From an uncultured Chloroflexia bacterium (GTDB lineage Bacteria; Chloroflexota; Limnocylindria; Limnocylindrales; CSP1-4), in contig CAVVAV010000003.1 of the NCBI GenBank assembly GCA_963746405.1, forward strand, positions 933,589 to 997,588: a stretch of DNA of 64,000 nucleotides, in the 5' to 3' direction. The notes beneath the pieces were generated by a model. It worked only from the letters and a program-made list of their open reading frames with translations. It ran no database searches and had not been told where the DNA came from. Every line of letters begins with the position of its first letter. The stretch's first letter is position 1. A program made the position numbers and the translations under genes. Below, piece by piece: positions 10,518 through 21,292 of this stretch.

Positions 10518-12062
10518 ATGGGAGGACAACCGATGGACACACCGGTCCTCGTGGCGGTGGCCGTTGCGGCCGCCGTCGGCGGAGCCATTCTCGGAGCACT
10601 CGCCCGCAGCATGTGGGCATCCCAGGGGATGAAGGCAGCGCAGGCGGAGGCGCGCCGCATCGAAGCGGAGGCTCGCGCCCGCCAGAAGGAGCTCATCCTC
10701 GAAGCCAAGGACGAGAAGCTTCGTCTCGGGCGTGAGGCTGAGGAAGAGGCCCGCGCACGCCGCGGCGAGCTGGCCGTCCAGGAGCGCCGCCTCGTCCAGC
10801 GCGACGAGCAGCTCGACCAGCGGGCGGAGATGCTCGAGGGCCGCGATCGCAAGCTGCTGGATCGCGAGCGCGAGCTCGAGAAGTCCAGGGAAGAGCTCAC
10901 CCGCGCCCTTGGGGAGCAGGTCGCCGCGCTCGAGCGCGTGTCGGGCCTGTCCGCCGACGATGCCAAGTCGATGCTCCTCGAGGCCGTCCGCGCCGAGGCG
11001 GAGCACGACGCCGTCAAGCTCGGCCGAGCGATCGAGCGGGCCGCCCGCGAAGAGGCCCAGGACAAGGCCCGCGACATCGTCCTGACCGCCATGCAGCGTG
11101 TGGCCGCGGACCACACGGCGGAGCACACGGTCAGCGTGGTGCACCTGCCGTCGGACGAGATGAAGGGCCGGATCATCGGCCGCGAGGGTCGCAACATCCG
11201 TGCGCTCGAGCAGGCCACCGGGGTCGACCTGATCATCGACGACACGCCCGAGACGGTGATCCTGTCGGGCTTCGATCCGGTCCGGCGGGAGGTCGCCCGG
11301 ATCGCCCTCACGAAGCTCATCGCCGACGGCCGGATCCATCCCGGCCGCATCGAGGAGGTCGTGACCAAGGCCCGCGCGGAAGTCGACATCATCATGCGCC
11401 AGGCCGGCGAGGCAGCGGCCTACGAGGCGGGAGTCCCGGGCCTGCCAGCCGAGATCATCAAGCTGCTCGGCCGGCTCAAGTACCGCACCAGCTATGGCCA
11501 GAACGTGCTCCGCCACTCGGTCGAGACGAGCAACCTCGCATCGGTCATCGCGGCCGAGATCGGGGCGGACGTCCAGGTCGCCAAGATGGGCGGCCTGCTG
11601 CACGACATCGGCAAGGCGGTCGATCACGAGGTCGAGGGCCCGCACGCGGCCATCGGCGCCCAGATCGCCCAGCGCCACAACCTGCCGTTCAAGGTCATCA
11701 ACGGCATCGCGGCACACCACCAGGAGGTCGAGTACGCCTGTCTCGAGGCCCCGATCGTCCAGGTCGCGGACGCCATCAGCGCATCAAGGCCTGGCGCCCG
11801 CGGCGAGACCATGGACACGTACGTCAAGCGGCTCGAGGATCTGCAGGCGATCGCCGAGAGCTTCGGTGGCGTCGAACGATCCTTCGCGGTCCAGGCCGGG
11901 CGCGAGGTGCGCATCCTCGTCCGACCCGAGGAGATCGACGACCTCACCGCGACGCGGCTCGCGCGTGACATCGTGAAGAAGATCGAGGAGCAGCTGACCT
12001 ACCCGGGCCAGATCAAGGTCACCGTCATCCGCGAGACGCGTGCGGTGGAGTACGCGAAGTAG
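10518..12062 (+). CDS. rny: Ribonuclease Y (membrane anchor, KH and HD domains)
   Basis: 514 aa; N-terminal TM, coiled coil, KH ([13 protein letters not shown]), HD (LLHDIGK...HH). Confidence 0.93.
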   Translation: MGGQPMDTPVLVAVAVAAAVGGAILGALARSMWASQGMKAAQAEARRIEAEARARQKELILEAKDEKLRLGREAEEEARARRGELAVQERRLVQRDEQLDQRAEMLEGRDRKLLDRERELEKSREELTRALGEQVAALERVSGLSADDAKSMLLEAVRAEAEHDAVKLGRAIERAAREEAQDKARDIVLTAMQRVAADHTAEHTVSVVHLPSDEMKGRIIGREGRNIRALEQATGVDLIIDDTPETVILSGFDPVRREVARIALTKLIADGRIHPGRIEEVVTKARAEVDIIMRQAGEAAAYEAGVPGLPAEIIKLLGRLKYRTSYGQNVLRHSVETSNLASVIAAEIGADVQVAKMGGLLHDIGKAVDHEVEGPHAAIGAQIAQRHNLPFKVINGIAAHHQEVEYACLEAPIVQVADAISASRPGARGETMDTYVKRLEDLQAIAESFGGVERSFAVQAGREVRILVRPEEIDDLTATRLARDIVKKIEEQLTYPGQIKVTVIRETRAVEYAK

Positions 12063-12067
12063 CGGCC

Positions 12068-12604
12068 ATGCGAGCGGTAGCGCTGGTCGCGCTCGTGTTG
12101 GCCGGCTGCACGGTCGGTCCGGGTGCGTCGCCTTCTCCCGCCGCGCCCACGGTCACGAGCGAACCCGCCACGCCGACGGCGAGCACGCCCACCCCCCAGC
12201 CGACCGCTGCAGCGAGCGCCACGCCCGTGACCGCCACGGTCTACACCGCCGATGACGACGAGATCGCCAAGCTCATCAGAGCCGGGGCGGACGAAGCGAT
12301 CCCGCAGCTCAAGCTGCTGAACGACATGGACCCGCAGAAGATGGAGGACCTGTTCCTGCCTCTGCTCGAGTGGATCACGAGCCAGCGCGCCGGCGTCGAG
12401 GCGTACACACCGAGCAGCTGCACGGCGCCCGCCGTGGCGCTGTTCAGCAAGGGCCTGGACCAGTACGACGCGATCAGGGAGCAGTTCATCGCCTGGCGGG
12501 ACTGGGGCGCGCAACGGCATGCGTTCCCGGTCGCGGCTCCCGGCCAGGCGGTCAAGACCTTCGAAGCGGCGCTGGTCGAGCTCGAGGCCCACTGCCCCGC
12601 CTGA
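12068..12604 (+). CDS. Lipoprotein, hypothetical
   Basis: Lipobox LAGC; T/P-rich linker. Confidence 0.6.
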   Translation: MRAVALVALVLAGCTVGPGASPSPAAPTVTSEPATPTASTPTPQPTAAASATPVTATVYTADDDEIAKLIRAGADEAIPQLKLLNDMDPQKMEDLFLPLLEWITSQRAGVEAYTPSSCTAPAVALFSKGLDQYDAIREQFIAWRDWGAQRHAFPVAAPGQAVKTFEAALVELEAHCPA

Positions 12605-12718
12605 GCCGGCCTCGACGCTCCCGGAGCGAGATAAGCGCCAGGTAAGGGCCCATCGCTACCGTGGTGTCGTCGCCCTGCCCGCCCCTCCGCCACCGGGGCC
12701 GTGGTAGGAGGCAGGTCC

Positions 12719-13507
12719 GTGAACCGATCCATCGCGCTGCTCGCGCTCCTCATGCTCGTCGGCGCAGCCACGCCCGTCTCGGCGGCCGGAGGCAGGACGT
12801 TCCCGTCGGACGCCGAGATGTACCGGGCCGTCCTCGACCGGATCGAGCGGCTCGAGCGGACCGGCGCCCCCCGAAAGACCATCGACCGTACCCTCGAGCG
12901 GGAATTCGGCTGGGTCCGCGAGCCTGAGCTCGCCGGCCTCGTCGCCCTGGGCGCGGCGTCGGCCAGTGACGTCGCCCTGTTCAGGCCCACCCTGTACCGC
13001 AACATCCCGCTGAACCGATACGAGGTCACGGCGAAGTGGCAGTGGAAGGACTGTGGCGCCAGCCGCTGCTGGATGCTCAACTACCCAGGCATCTCCGGCA
13101 ACGTCGGCGGACCGAACGGGTTCGCCCTCAACAGCAGCCGCAACGTGAACTTCCTCGCCACGACGTTCGCCACCTATGACGAGGATGGCGGCGCCTACCA
13201 CTATTCGAATCCGGAGGTCTTCGAGGCCGACGGCGTGGGCTTCACGGAACAGGATCGACAGCATTGGGCACCGTGGGACGACTTCACGTGGGACCACGGG
13301 ACCCTGGTCTTCGCCTTTCGATTGGCAGCGCCATGCCGGCCGGGCCAGCTCTGGAAGTTCACCTCGAAGCTGGGCCACACCTGGCAGAGCACCAGCATCT
13401 CCAGCCTGACGATCTCGCCGACGAACATCTCGATGACCTTCTCCAGCGTGGATGCGCGATGGACGGCGACGAGCCCGTCCCCGCTTGACTGGAAACCCTG
13501 CGGGTGA
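12719..13507 (+). CDS. Secreted hypothetical protein
   Basis: GTG start after GGTAGGAGG; signal peptide ALLALLMLVGAATPVSAAGG. Confidence 0.6.
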   Translation: MNRSIALLALLMLVGAATPVSAAGGRTFPSDAEMYRAVLDRIERLERTGAPRKTIDRTLEREFGWVREPELAGLVALGAASASDVALFRPTLYRNIPLNRYEVTAKWQWKDCGASRCWMLNYPGISGNVGGPNGFALNSSRNVNFLATTFATYDEDGGAYHYSNPEVFEADGVGFTEQDRQHWAPWDDFTWDHGTLVFAFRLAAPCRPGQLWKFTSKLGHTWQSTSISSLTISPTNISMTFSSVDARWTATSPSPLDWKPCG

Positions 13508-14034
13508 GACGTGCCCTGTGGGCCCTGATGGTCGGTGCTCTTTTGGCCGCGTGCGCTGCGGCACCGTCGGGCCGCATCCGCTCCGTTCTCGACGCGGCGC
13601 CGGAGGTCATCGGCGCGGCGGTCGGCGGTGCACAAGCCATCGAACGCCTGACCGAGGCGACCTTGCACTGTGCCCTGGTCGGCGCCGTGGTCGGCCTGGA
13701 CCAGTGGGTCTGCGAGGTCGACAACTCGGCGGGTTCCGATCGGGGGCGCTACTTCGTCACGATCCTCGTGGATGCGGAAGACCGGCTGCGGTTCATCGAC
13801 GCGCAGGCGCTGGCCGTGGGCGACGCCGGCCGAGTCGACGGCTTTGCGTCGTTCTTCCGCGACACCGTCGTCGGCCGCCTCGTCCCGGAGCTCGCGGCGA
13901 GCGACGATGCGGCGCGCTGGATCGAGCGTCATGTCGGGGGCGCCGGTTCCGACGTTCTGGGATCGGTGCACCTGCGGGTGGATCGCATCGATGGGACCGT
14001 GCGGCTCCAGCTCCGCCAGGCGACCGGTGCTTGA
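13504..14034 (+). CDS. Lipoprotein, hypothetical
   Basis: GTG start overlapping upstream stop (GTGA); lipobox LLAAC. Confidence 0.55.
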   Translation: MRRALWALMVGALLAACAAAPSGRIRSVLDAAPEVIGAAVGGAQAIERLTEATLHCALVGAVVGLDQWVCEVDNSAGSDRGRYFVTILVDAEDRLRFIDAQALAVGDAGRVDGFASFFRDTVVGRLVPELAASDDAARWIERHVGGAGSDVLGSVHLRVDRIDGTVRLQLRQATGA

Positions 14035-14193
14035 GGAGCGCGAAACCGGTTCGCCTCGGCGGGCGGCTCGTCCCGAGTGTTGCCCACCCGCACCGTCGAG
14101 GCGCCCTTCGCGCTACCAATCGAACCCTGTCGAGATCAGAATGGTGGCGATCGACGAATGCCGGGACGAACGGGTCACTGGAGGAGGTTGTCG

Positions 14194-15111
14194 GTGCGCG
14201 CGATGCGTCGAGTTGTCGCCCTCGTTCTTGGTTACACGCTCTCCGCCAGCCTTGCGGCCATGCCGGTCGCAGCGATCGGCGCGGCAGGCTCAAGTGGAGC
14301 TCTATGCGATTCGCATGTCGCAGAGGTCGATGCGGGCTTTGTCGGACGCGGTGGCAAGCTCCGCGAGCCTGACAACACCCAGGTTCGCCGGGACCTTCCC
14401 GCGTCGGCCAAGGGGCAGGCGACCTCGAGCTTCGCGGTGTCGGTGCCCGTCTACTTCCACGTCATCACCGACGGCGCCGTGGGGAATCTCAGCGCCAAGC
14501 AGATCGGCAGCCAGATCACGGTCCTCAACCGAACCTTCGGCGGCCGAGAAGGCGGCGCGCTGACGGGGTTCACGTTCCAGCTGGCCGGCGTCACGCGGAC
14601 CGACCATGCGGTCTGGTTCGCTTCCCGCTCGGGTGGCGCCGAACACGCCATGAAGAGGGCGCTCAAGCAGGGCGGTGACAACGCCCTCAACGTGTACTCC
14701 ACGAGCGGCGGCGCATACCTCGGCTGGGCGTACCTGCCTGAGATCACCGACACCGCGCAGGCGTATCTCGACGGGATCGTGATCGACTGGCAGACGGTGC
14801 CTGGCGCTTCCGACGCCTACGAGGGCGCATTCGACCTGGGCGAGACGCTGACCCATGAGGCCGGCCATTGGCTCAACCTCGAGCACACGTTCTACGGTGG
14901 CTGCAACCGTACCGGCGATTTCGTCGCCGACACGCCCGCCCAGAAGACGCCATCCTCGGGCTGCCCGGTCGGCAAGGACACGTGTCCCGCTCCGGGCGTC
15001 GACCCCATCCACAACTACATGGACTACTCATTCGACAGCTGCTACACGCAGTTCACGGTCGGCCAGACCCAGCGCATGCGCGATTCCTGGCTGCTGTATC
15101 GGGCCTCGTAA
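14194..15111 (+). CDS. Secreted zinc metalloprotease, M43 (pappalysin/ulilysin-like) family
   Basis: HEAGHWLNLEHTF (HExxHxxxxxH) and Met-turn region MDYSFDSC; signal peptide; GGAGGAGG RBS before GTG 14194. Confidence 0.75.
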   Translation: MRAMRRVVALVLGYTLSASLAAMPVAAIGAAGSSGALCDSHVAEVDAGFVGRGGKLREPDNTQVRRDLPASAKGQATSSFAVSVPVYFHVITDGAVGNLSAKQIGSQITVLNRTFGGREGGALTGFTFQLAGVTRTDHAVWFASRSGGAEHAMKRALKQGGDNALNVYSTSGGAYLGWAYLPEITDTAQAYLDGIVIDWQTVPGASDAYEGAFDLGETLTHEAGHWLNLEHTFYGGCNRTGDFVADTPAQKTPSSGCPVGKDTCPAPGVDPIHNYMDYSFDSCYTQFTVGQTQRMRDSWLLYRAS

Positions 15112-15381
15112 GCGAACGGTCGCCCACTCGATCCGGGGGTGCCGGGCCGCCCACGGCCCATGATCTGCACGTCCGCCGGCAGCGCGCGAGCGGTGCGGTC
15201 GGGTGCTAGGCTCGGAGGCGATGCTGTCACGTAGCGGCGCAAGCACCTGGGAATATCTGCGCGCTGGAGACGCGACGTAGCCGCGCCGGAGTCGGCGGCC
15301 GCCAAATCGGGCTCGATCGGCCTGACGCGCCTCGGCAACCCACCCAACGGTGATGCGCCGCGACCGCGGGGCGCGTGTCGC

Positions 15382-16173
15382 GTGCTCATGATCGGCGACC
15401 TCATCGGCAAGCCGGGCCGCCATGCGGTCGAGCAGATCCTGCCCGGGCTGCGCGAGGCGCGAAGCATCGACTTCGTCACCGCCAACGGCGAGAACGTCGC
15501 GGGCGGAATGGGTCTCACGCCGTCGCTGGCGGATGCGATCCTCGCTGCCGGCGTCGATGTGATCACGAGCGGCAACCACATCTGGGACAAGCGCGAGATC
15601 TATCCCTACCTCGAGGGCACCGATCGAGTGCTCCGCCCCCACAACTACGGCACGACCGAGGTCCCGGGCCGGGGCTGGGGCGTGTACGACGCCCTCGACG
15701 GGTCGCACGTCGCGGTCATCAACCTCCAGGGTCGGACATTCATGCAGCCGATCGAGAACCCGTTCACCGACGCCGACGCGCTCCTGGACGAGTCATCGGC
15801 GCCGGAGCAGCTGCCGCCGATCCGGCTGGTGGACTTCCATTGCGAGCTGACGTCCGAGAAGAACGCGCTCGGCCTGTACCTCGACGGACGGGTGAGTGTC
15901 GTCGTCGGCACGCATACACACGTCGTGACCGGCGACGAGCGGATCCTGCCCGGTGGGACGGCCTACCAGACGGACCTCGGGATGACGGGTCCGGTGTGGA
16001 GCGTCATCGGGTTCGATCCCGCGACGGTGCTGCCGCGGTTCATCAACGCCCTGCCGACCCGGTTCGAGGTCGGGGAGGGGCCGGTCGTCTTCAATGCCGT
16101 GCAGGTCGACATCGATCCGGCCACCGGGAAGGCCCTGGCGATCGAGCGGATCCAGCAGCTGGTGGAGGTGTAG
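15382..16173 (+). CDS. ymdB: YmdB-like 2',3'-cyclic-nucleotide phosphodiesterase (TIGR00282 metallophosphoesterase)
   Basis: 263 aa; MLMIGDLIGKPGR, GNH, GTHTHV motifs; rny-ymdB neighbourhood as in Bacillus. Confidence 0.85.
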   Translation: MLMIGDLIGKPGRHAVEQILPGLREARSIDFVTANGENVAGGMGLTPSLADAILAAGVDVITSGNHIWDKREIYPYLEGTDRVLRPHNYGTTEVPGRGWGVYDALDGSHVAVINLQGRTFMQPIENPFTDADALLDESSAPEQLPPIRLVDFHCELTSEKNALGLYLDGRVSVVVGTHTHVVTGDERILPGGTAYQTDLGMTGPVWSVIGFDPATVLPRFINALPTRFEVGEGPVVFNAVQVDIDPATGKALAIERIQQLVEV

Positions 16174-16591
16174 CAGCTCGGGTCAGGGTGGGGTCCTGTT
16201 ACCGGACGGATCCGTGCGCCTCCGCCCTCCGCGGCTCTGCCGCTAGCGGGCTCCGCGCCCGAATCCCGCCCGGCGCCACCCCTCCACGGCCGCCTGGGTG
16301 TGCGGACCCGCCGCCGGCCGGATCAGGTTCACCCGGACTCCAGATTCGCCCGGATATCGCCACAGGCGATCTTAAGTCGCACCGACGCGACCTATCGAGC
16401 GCATCCGCTGCCAAACTAGGCCCAGATATCCCGCCCGGCGATTTCTGGCGCCGATGCATTGCCGATTCAGCCGGCGAGGGCGGCGAACACCATCGAGCGC
16501 CGACCCACCATCGCCCGTGGCGAGATCTGGGGTTCGGCTGATCGTGCCTGTAACGTCTGGGATGCAAAGGATCCGGGTAGAGGGGAATGTG

Positions 16592-17335
16592 ATGAAGGTC
16601 GTGGTGGTGGGCGGAACGGGTCGATTGGGCTCGCAGGTGGTGGCCGAGTTGCAGCGCCGTGGGCACGAAGCGGTGGCCGCGGCACCGAGCACCGGCTTTG
16701 ACACGCTTACCGGTGCGGGCGTTCTCGAGGGCTTGAAAGGAGCGCAGGCCGTCGTCGACGTGTCGAACGCGCCGACGTTCGAGGACGCTGCGGTGCTCCA
16801 GTTCTTCCAGACCTCGACAGGCACCCTGCTGGCAGCCGAGCGAGAGGCCGGGATCGGGCACCACGTCGTGTTATCGATCGTCGGTGCCGATCGCGCGCCT
16901 GACAGCGGCTACATGCGGGCCAAGGTTGCGCAGGAGCACCTCGTGGTCGATGGCGGCGTGCCGTACACCATCATCCGTGCCACGCAGTTCTTCGAGTTCA
17001 TCGGCGGGATCGCCGACGCAAACACGACCGACGGCACCGTGCGACTCCCGTCGGCCCATCTCCAGCCCATCGCCGTCAGCGACCTGGCCGCCGCTGTGGC
17101 GGACGTAATCGAGGGATCGCCGACCGACGGCGTGGTGGAGGTAGCCGGACCAGAGGCGATCGGATTGGACGAGCTCGCCCGCCGGGTCCTGTCCGCGTCT
17201 GGCGACCCGCGGCCGGTCGTCACGGACGAGTCCGTGAAGTACTTCGGTGCCCAGCTCGACGATGCGACGCTGACCCCGGGGCGATCCGCTCGCATCGCCC
17301 CGACGCGCCTCGACGAATGGCTCAGCCGGCGGTGA
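16592..17335 (+). CDS. NAD(P)-binding NmrA/SDR-like oxidoreductase
   Basis: MKVVVVGGTGRLG Rossmann motif; 248 aa. Confidence 0.75.
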   Translation: MKVVVVGGTGRLGSQVVAELQRRGHEAVAAAPSTGFDTLTGAGVLEGLKGAQAVVDVSNAPTFEDAAVLQFFQTSTGTLLAAEREAGIGHHVVLSIVGADRAPDSGYMRAKVAQEHLVVDGGVPYTIIRATQFFEFIGGIADANTTDGTVRLPSAHLQPIAVSDLAAAVADVIEGSPTDGVVEVAGPEAIGLDELARRVLSASGDPRPVVTDESVKYFGAQLDDATLTPGRSARIAPTRLDEWLSRR

Positions 17336-17675
17336 GGTTGCCCGGGCATTCCCGGGGCCAAACGATGGCGCTCCACGCTCGGGAGGGTGGGGGATATCCG
17401 CGGCCACCTCGAGGTCGCCGCTGGCTCGCGGGTACGCGAACGCCGGCCTGAGGAGGAGGTTCCCGGCCGGCGTTTGGATCGCGCTTTGTGTTGCCTGTCG
17501 GTGCAGGAGGCAACGGGAGGTTTGTCGCTCTCATCCTGCCCGCCCGAGGGCACGGAGGCCATACTGAGAAGGTCCTACGTATCCGGCACCTGGACCCGTA
17601 GGCGCCGCACGCCGCTGTAATCGAGCACCCGTTACCGGCCGCGGCTCGAAGGCGTTGGTTGGTACGCTCGCGAGC

Positions 17676-18609
17676 ATGACTGACACCGGAGGGAGACGAC
17701 CGCGTCGTCGCCACGACCCTTGGTCGGCCGATGGCGCGGTGGTTCCGCCGGGGCCCTCGACCGTGGACCTGCATGCTCATTCGACGCGGTCGGATGGGGT
17801 GCTGGAGCCGGCGGCGCTGCTCGAGGCCGTCGCGGCGGCGGGGGTTCGCACGTTCTCCCTGACCGACCACGACACCCTCGCCGGATACCGGGATGTGGCA
17901 AAGAGCGGTGCGATCCCGCAAGGGCCTGACGCTCATCCCGGGTGTCGAGATCAACGCGCTGGTCACCCGGGACCTTGGGCTGTGGGAAGGCGAGCTGCAC
18001 ATCCTGGGGTTCGGGATGGATCCCGACGACGAGGTGTTCGAAGCAGCTCTGGTCGCGCAGCGTCAGGCTCGGCGGATCCGATTCGACCGGACGGTCGCGC
18101 TCCTGCGGGAGCTCGGGCTCCCGATCGACACGCAGGTCGCGGCGCTCCAGGTCGGTGCCGACGATGCGCTCGGTCGACCCACCATCGCCCGGGCGCTCAT
18201 CGGGGCTGGGTTCGCGACCAGTGTCGAGGACGCGTTCAGCCGCCTGATCGGGCACGGGGCGCCCGGCTACGTCCGGCGCGAAGGGCTGGGCCCGGAAGCG
18301 GCCATCGAGGCGATCGCGGCCGCCGGCGGGATCCCGGTGCTCGCCCACTTCCGCGAGGCCTCCGCCCGGATCGATGTGGTGCGTGAGCTGGTCGAGGTCG
18401 GGCTGGGTGGTCTCGAGGTCTATTACCGCTCGTTCGACATGCCAACCGTCCAGGCCGCCGAGGCGGTGGCGGCGAGTCTCGGCCTCATCGCGACGGGCGG
18501 CAGCGACTACCACGGGGACCTCGGCCCGTACGCGGAGGCCCACGCCGCACTGTGGGTTCCGCCCGAGGTCGGCGAGCGGCTGGTGGAGACTCTGTCCGCC
18601 CAGGCCTGA
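17676..18609 (+). pseudogene. PHP-domain metal-dependent phosphoesterase, frameshifted near 17915
   Basis: N-part VDLHAHSTRSDG...LTDHDTLAGY in frame of ORF 17655..18386, C-part PGVEINAL...ELHILGF...GGSDYHG in frame of ORF 17893..18609; shift at CCC/GGG run. Confidence 0.7.
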
Positions 18610-18622
18610 ACGCCGAGGGCCG

Positions 18623-19393
18623 TCAGCTCGCCGGCGTGTCCGCCTTTTCCTTGACGAACGTCGGGTGGAGTTCCACCGGTGTCTTGCTCCGGCGTCGCAG
18701 GTTGAGGAACTCCACGAAGACGCTGAAGGCCATCGCCGCGTAGATGTAGGCCTTGTCGATGTGGAAGCCGAACCCGTCGGCGATGAGCGTGACCCCGATC
18801 AGGAGCAGGAACGACAGCGCCAGGATCTTGACCGACGGATGGTCATGGACGAACTTCGAGAGCGGGCCCGAGGCAAAGAGCATCACGCCGACCGCGAACA
18901 CGACCGCGACGATCATGACCGCCACCTCGTCGACCATGCCGACCGCGGTCAGCACCGAGTCGAGCGAGAAGACGATATCGAGCAGCACGATCTGCAGGAG
19001 CACACCGCGCAACGACGCCGTCCCGGCCGTCGTGGAAGCATGCGCCTCGGCACCCTCGAGTGACTCGTGGATCTCGGTCGTGGCCTTCCACAGCAGGAAC
19101 AAGCCACCGCCGATGAGGATGACGTCACGCCACGAGAAATCCCGATCGAACAAGGTGAAGAGCGGCTGGGTCAGGCCGATGATCCACGAGATCGTGAGCA
19201 GCAGCAGGATGCGCATGCCCATGGCCAGTCCGAGGCCCACAAGCCGCGCCTGATCGCGTTGATGCGCCGGGAGCCGCTGCACGAGGATCGAGATGAAGAT
19301 GACGTTGTCGATGCCGAGCACGATCTCGAGCACGGTCAGCGTCACCAGGGCGACCCAGGTCTCCGGAGAAGTGAACAGCGCCACAAGATCCAT
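18623..19393 (-). CDS. TerC family integral membrane protein
   Basis: Start at MDLV; LEIVLGIDNVIFISIL and second DxxD-type repeat; multiple TM. Confidence 0.85.
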   Translation of the reverse strand: MDLVALFTSPETWVALVTLTVLEIVLGIDNVIFISILVQRLPAHQRDQARLVGLGLAMGMRILLLLTISWIIGLTQPLFTLFDRDFSWRDVILIGGGLFLLWKATTEIHESLEGAEAHASTTAGTASLRGVLLQIVLLDIVFSLDSVLTAVGMVDEVAVMIVAVVFAVGVMLFASGPLSKFVHDHPSVKILALSFLLLIGVTLIADGFGFHIDKAYIYAAMAFSVFVEFLNLRRRSKTPVELHPTFVKEKADTPAS

Positions 19394-19443
19394 CGTGGGA
19401 GGATACCGGGCCGGCCGACGGTTCGGCGTACCATGGCGCGGCT

Positions 19444-21165
19444 GTGAGTGACACCCGCCTTTCGATGCGTGCGCTGCCGGTCCTCGACCTCCCGCCGCCG
19501 AGCGACCCTGGCACGACCTCGCCGCCACGGACGCCAGGCACGCCCGCCGACGCGCGGCTCGGTGAATACATTCCCGAGCTCGCCTCGCTGCCCCAATTCC
19601 ACGTGTGGACGCTGGGTTGCCAGATGAACCGCAGCGACTCGGAGGAGATGGCCGGACGCCTGCTTGCGGCCGGCTGCGCCGAGGCGCCGTCGATGGAGGC
19701 CGCGGATCTCGTCGTCATCAACACGTGCGCGATCCGCGAGGGTGCCGAGCAGAGGGTCATCGGCCGGCAGGGCCATCTCGCGACGCTCAAGGCCGCCCAT
19801 CCCGGACTCCGCGTCGTCATGACCGGCTGTTCCGTGCGCGAGCCCGATCGGGCCGGCCTTCGACGCCGCTACCCGGCCGTGGACTTGTTCCTTCGGCCGG
19901 ACGAAGAGCCGGAGCTCGTCGATCGACTGGGGCTGGCGTCCGCGCAGGGGGCGATCGGCCGGTCCGGGACGGCCGGTGCGCTGGGCGTCAACGGCCTGGG
20001 CACGGTCGGTGGCGTGGGCACGGTCGGTGCCACGACCACGGTCGGCCGCACGGTGGTCGGCGTCGCCGACGGACTGTCCGCGACCCGCGCTCATGCCGTG
20101 GGGGAGGGGACCGTCGCCCGAGGCTCCGCGATCAGCGCGTGGCTTCCGATCATCTACGGCTGCGACAAGACCTGCACCTACTGCATCGTGCCGTTCAGCC
20201 GCGGACCGGAACGCAGCCGCCCGTTCGATGAGATCGTCGATGAGGCCCGCGCCCTGGCCGGCGCCGGGTACCGGGAGGTGACGCTGCTCGGGCAGAACGT
20301 CAACTCGTACGGCCACGACCTGGAGCCCGAGGCCCGGTTCGCCCACGTGGATGCCGAGCGCTGGGCCGGCCGTCGGCTGGATCTCCACGGCCGCCCGGAC
20401 CTCGCCGAGCTGATCCGCGCGATCGACGGACTGCGCACCGCCGACGGACAGCCGGCCATCCCCCGGCTGCGGTTCGTGACCTCGCACCCGTGGGACCTGT
20501 CGGATCGGCTCATCGCGGCCCTCGCCGACTGTCCCAGTGTCTGCGAGCACCTGCATCTCCCGGTCCAGTCCGGCGACGACGTCGTCCTCCGCCGGATGGG
20601 TCGCCAGTACACGATCGAGCACTACGAGGAGCGGCTCGCCCGCATCCGGGACGCGGTGCCGGGCATCACCGTGTCGACCGACGTGATCGTCGGGTTCTGC
20701 GGCGAGACCGAGGAACAGTTCCGGCGATCGCTCGACGTCCTCGAGCGCGTCCGGTACGACCAGGTCTTCGCCGCGGCCTACTCACCCCGGCCGGGCACGC
20801 CGGCCACGCGTCTCGACGACGACGTTCCGGCCGCGGTCAAACGTCGGCGCCTCAACGACCTGCTCGCGCTCCAGGAGGGGATCGGGCTCGAACGGAACGA
20901 GGCGTGGCTGGGGCGGACCGTCGGGGTCCTCGTCGACACGGTGACGCCGCGACGCGCGCATGCCCATGAGACCGCCGACGAAGCGACCGACGAGGCCGCA
21001 AAGGGCGGCGTCCGACTGTCCGGCCGGACCCGGGGCAACAAGCTCGTGCACCTCGCCGGACGCCCGGATCTCGTCGGGCGCGCCGTGACCGTCCGCATCG
21101 ACCATGCCGGGCCGTACGCCCTTCGTGGCCAGCTCGCGTCGACCCACGACGCGGTGGTGCGTTGA
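19444..21165 (+). CDS. miaB: tRNA (i6A37) methylthiotransferase MiaB with Gly/Thr/Val-rich insertion
   Basis: MTTase N-domain Cys (LGCQMN, NTCAIRE, MTGC), radical-SAM CxxxCxxC (CDKTCTYC), TRAM C-term; ~70-aa low-complexity insert. Confidence 0.9.
   Translation: MSDTRLSMRALPVLDLPPPSDPGTTSPPRTPGTPADARLGEYIPELASLPQFHVWTLGCQMNRSDSEEMAGRLLAAGCAEAPSMEAADLVVINTCAIREGAEQRVIGRQGHLATLKAAHPGLRVVMTGCSVREPDRAGLRRRYPAVDLFLRPDEEPELVDRLGLASAQGAIGRSGTAGALGVNGLGTVGGVGTVGATTTVGRTVVGVADGLSATRAHAVGEGTVARGSAISAWLPIIYGCDKTCTYCIVPFSRGPERSRPFDEIVDEARALAGAGYREVTLLGQNVNSYGHDLEPEARFAHVDAERWAGRRLDLHGRPDLAELIRAIDGLRTADGQPAIPRLRFVTSHPWDLSDRLIAALADCPSVCEHLHLPVQSGDDVVLRRMGRQYTIEHYEERLARIRDAVPGITVSTDVIVGFCGETEEQFRRSLDVLERVRYDQVFAAAYSPRPGTPATRLDDDVPAAVKRRRLNDLLALQEGIGLERNEAWLGRTVGVLVDTVTPRRAHAHETADEATDEAAKGGVRLSGRTRGNKLVHLAGRPDLVGRAVTVRIDHAGPYALRGQLASTHDAVVR
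19981..20066. repeat. Imperfect tandem repeats (GGCACGGTCGGTG units) encoding GTVGGVGTVGATTTVGRTVVGV within miaB
   Basis: Direct visual repetition in DNA and protein. Confidence 0.6.
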
Positions 21166-21292
21166 CATCCGCAAGAGGGCACCATTACCGTGGGCCAACT
21201 CCGGCGGGTCACCCGTTGACCTGCGCTGTCGGATGGAGGGGTGCACGGAACGGCGACTGATGGGTCGCGTGGTCGAGGAGGAGTAAGCGCCA

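Noticed and set aside
10437-11720. 427-aa minus ORF antisense to rny
   Set aside because: Antisense artefact.
19394-19443. Possible yybP-ykoY (Mn) riboswitch upstream of the TerC gene
   Set aside because: Only 50 nt separate the TerC start from divergent miaB; too short for the riboswitch, and no conserved motif is seen.
19342-20622. 426-aa minus ORF antisense to miaB
   Set aside because: Antisense artefact; the miaB frame has radical-SAM motifs.
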